NCBI GenBank assembly: GCA_964630905.1
Contig: CAZVWR010000004.1
Span: forward strand, 6,775-70,774
Direction: 5' to 3'
Source: an uncultured Spirochaetales bacterium
GTDB lineage: Bacteria > UBP6 > UBA1177
Length of the DNA stretch: 64,000 nucleotides
Shown: piece by piece, positions 63,534 through 64,000 of the stretch
Numbering within the stretch: the first letter of the stretch is position 1
How the letters are laid out: the number at the start of each line of letters is the position of its first letter
Made by a program: the position numbers and the translations under genes
The notes under the pieces: generated by a model
What the model was told of the DNA's origin: nothing
Database searches by the model: none
The model's input: only the letters and a program-made list of their open reading frames with translations

Positions 63534-63653
63534 AAGTTAATAAAACCCAATAATAACAAAGTGCTAAAGAGCTTTTTTGCTCACGGATTTTTTTATATGC
63601 ACGATTTTTTTTGAGTCAAGAGGGGAAATGTTGAAAAAATTATTTCAAATATA

Positions 63654-64000
63654 TCACTCAGGTATTGCTTCGTGAAGTTCGTGGATAAAATACCACTGGT
63701 CGGGATGGGAAGAGATTCTTTTTCCGAGTGAATCATAAAAACTCTGAATGATATTTCCTTTATTGAGATAATGTCTGTCAAGTTCAAAACGGTATGAGTC
63801 TTCACCTGTTCTGACAAGGAAGGGTGTTACAACGACCAGTTTTTCGTCATTCCATTTCTGCAGAATGATGTCCATTCCTGAACCGCCCATCACTTTTTTA
63901 CCTAACAAATCGGCTTTATTGGAAAATTGATTGTTTTCATCAAAGACATTTGAAAGTATTCCGCCTCTTAAAAGAGTGCTGAACATTTCATAAGCCACAT
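63654..64000 (-). CDS. Lipid A biosynthesis acyltransferase-like (LpxL/HtrB family), C-terminal fragment; the N terminus is beyond the window.
   Basis: The C-terminal PDQWYFIHELHE resembles the LpxL-family terminal PEQYLWLHRRWK pattern. The ORF is open to the window end. Confidence 0.4.
   Translation of the reverse strand, partial: VAYEMFSTLLRGGILSNVFDENNQFSNKADLLGKKVMGGSGMDIILQKWNDEKLVVVTPFLVRTGEDSYRFELDRHYLNKGNIIQSFYDSLGKRISSHPDQWYFIHELHEAIPE

Overview
This 64 kb window comes from an AT-rich diderm anaerobe and is gene dense, with about 55 protein-coding genes. I found no rRNA, tRNA, CRISPR array, transposase or integrase. The core-metabolism blocks are recognisable.

- **Core blocks.** A complete methylmalonyl-CoA/propionate module sits on the minus strand: split methylmalonyl-CoA mutase, MeaB, an epimerase and the Na+-pumping methylmalonyl-CoA decarboxylase mmdA/D/C/B. 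A type IV pilus block (pilB-pilT-pilC, a PilS/PilR-like two-component pair, pilD) runs on the plus strand. It continues into malic enzyme, the corrinoid adenosyltransferase CobO, MltG and a SemiSWEET gene. The 3' end carries feoAB, hsp20 and a partial LpxL-like gene.
- **Accessory content.** Accessory content is mainly metal and cofactor acquisition plus a large cell-surface secretome.
  - **znu operon with Omp85-type fusion.** A translationally coupled znuA-znuC-znuB-permease::HMA operon ends in a 941 aa protein that fuses a zincin-like module, a beta-propeller and an Omp85-type barrel. This is the most unusual locus.
  - **His-rich MacB-like transporter.** A MacB-like ABC transporter has a His-rich FtsX permease and a DUF3299-like partner.
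  - **B12 riboswitch.** A clear cobalamin riboswitch lies upstream of a BtuB-like TonB-dependent receptor and two lipoproteins.
- **Surface proteins.** Several modular surface proteins carry nucleotide tandem repeats or eukaryote-like domains.
  - **G-[N/D]-[T/S] repeat proteins.** Two paralogous lipoproteins carry 23-25 copies of a 9 bp repeat encoding G-N/D-T. A subtilase carries a related G-N/D-S array plus Myxococcus-type Cys-rich repeats.
  - **EGF/LRR and RCC1 lipoproteins.** Two EGF-like/LRR-like lipoproteins sit in tandem with an RCC1-repeat lipoprotein.
  - **Metzincin and PNGase F-like proteins.** There is also an 1833 aa metzincin lipoprotein and a PNGase F-like lipoprotein.
- **Smaller oddities.** The decarboxylase beta subunit has a 200 aa signal-peptide-bearing N-terminal extension. 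An XRE/S24 repressor has Asn at the catalytic Ser position and an operator-like inverted repeat. An orphan plus-strand terminator has no annotated gene upstream of it.
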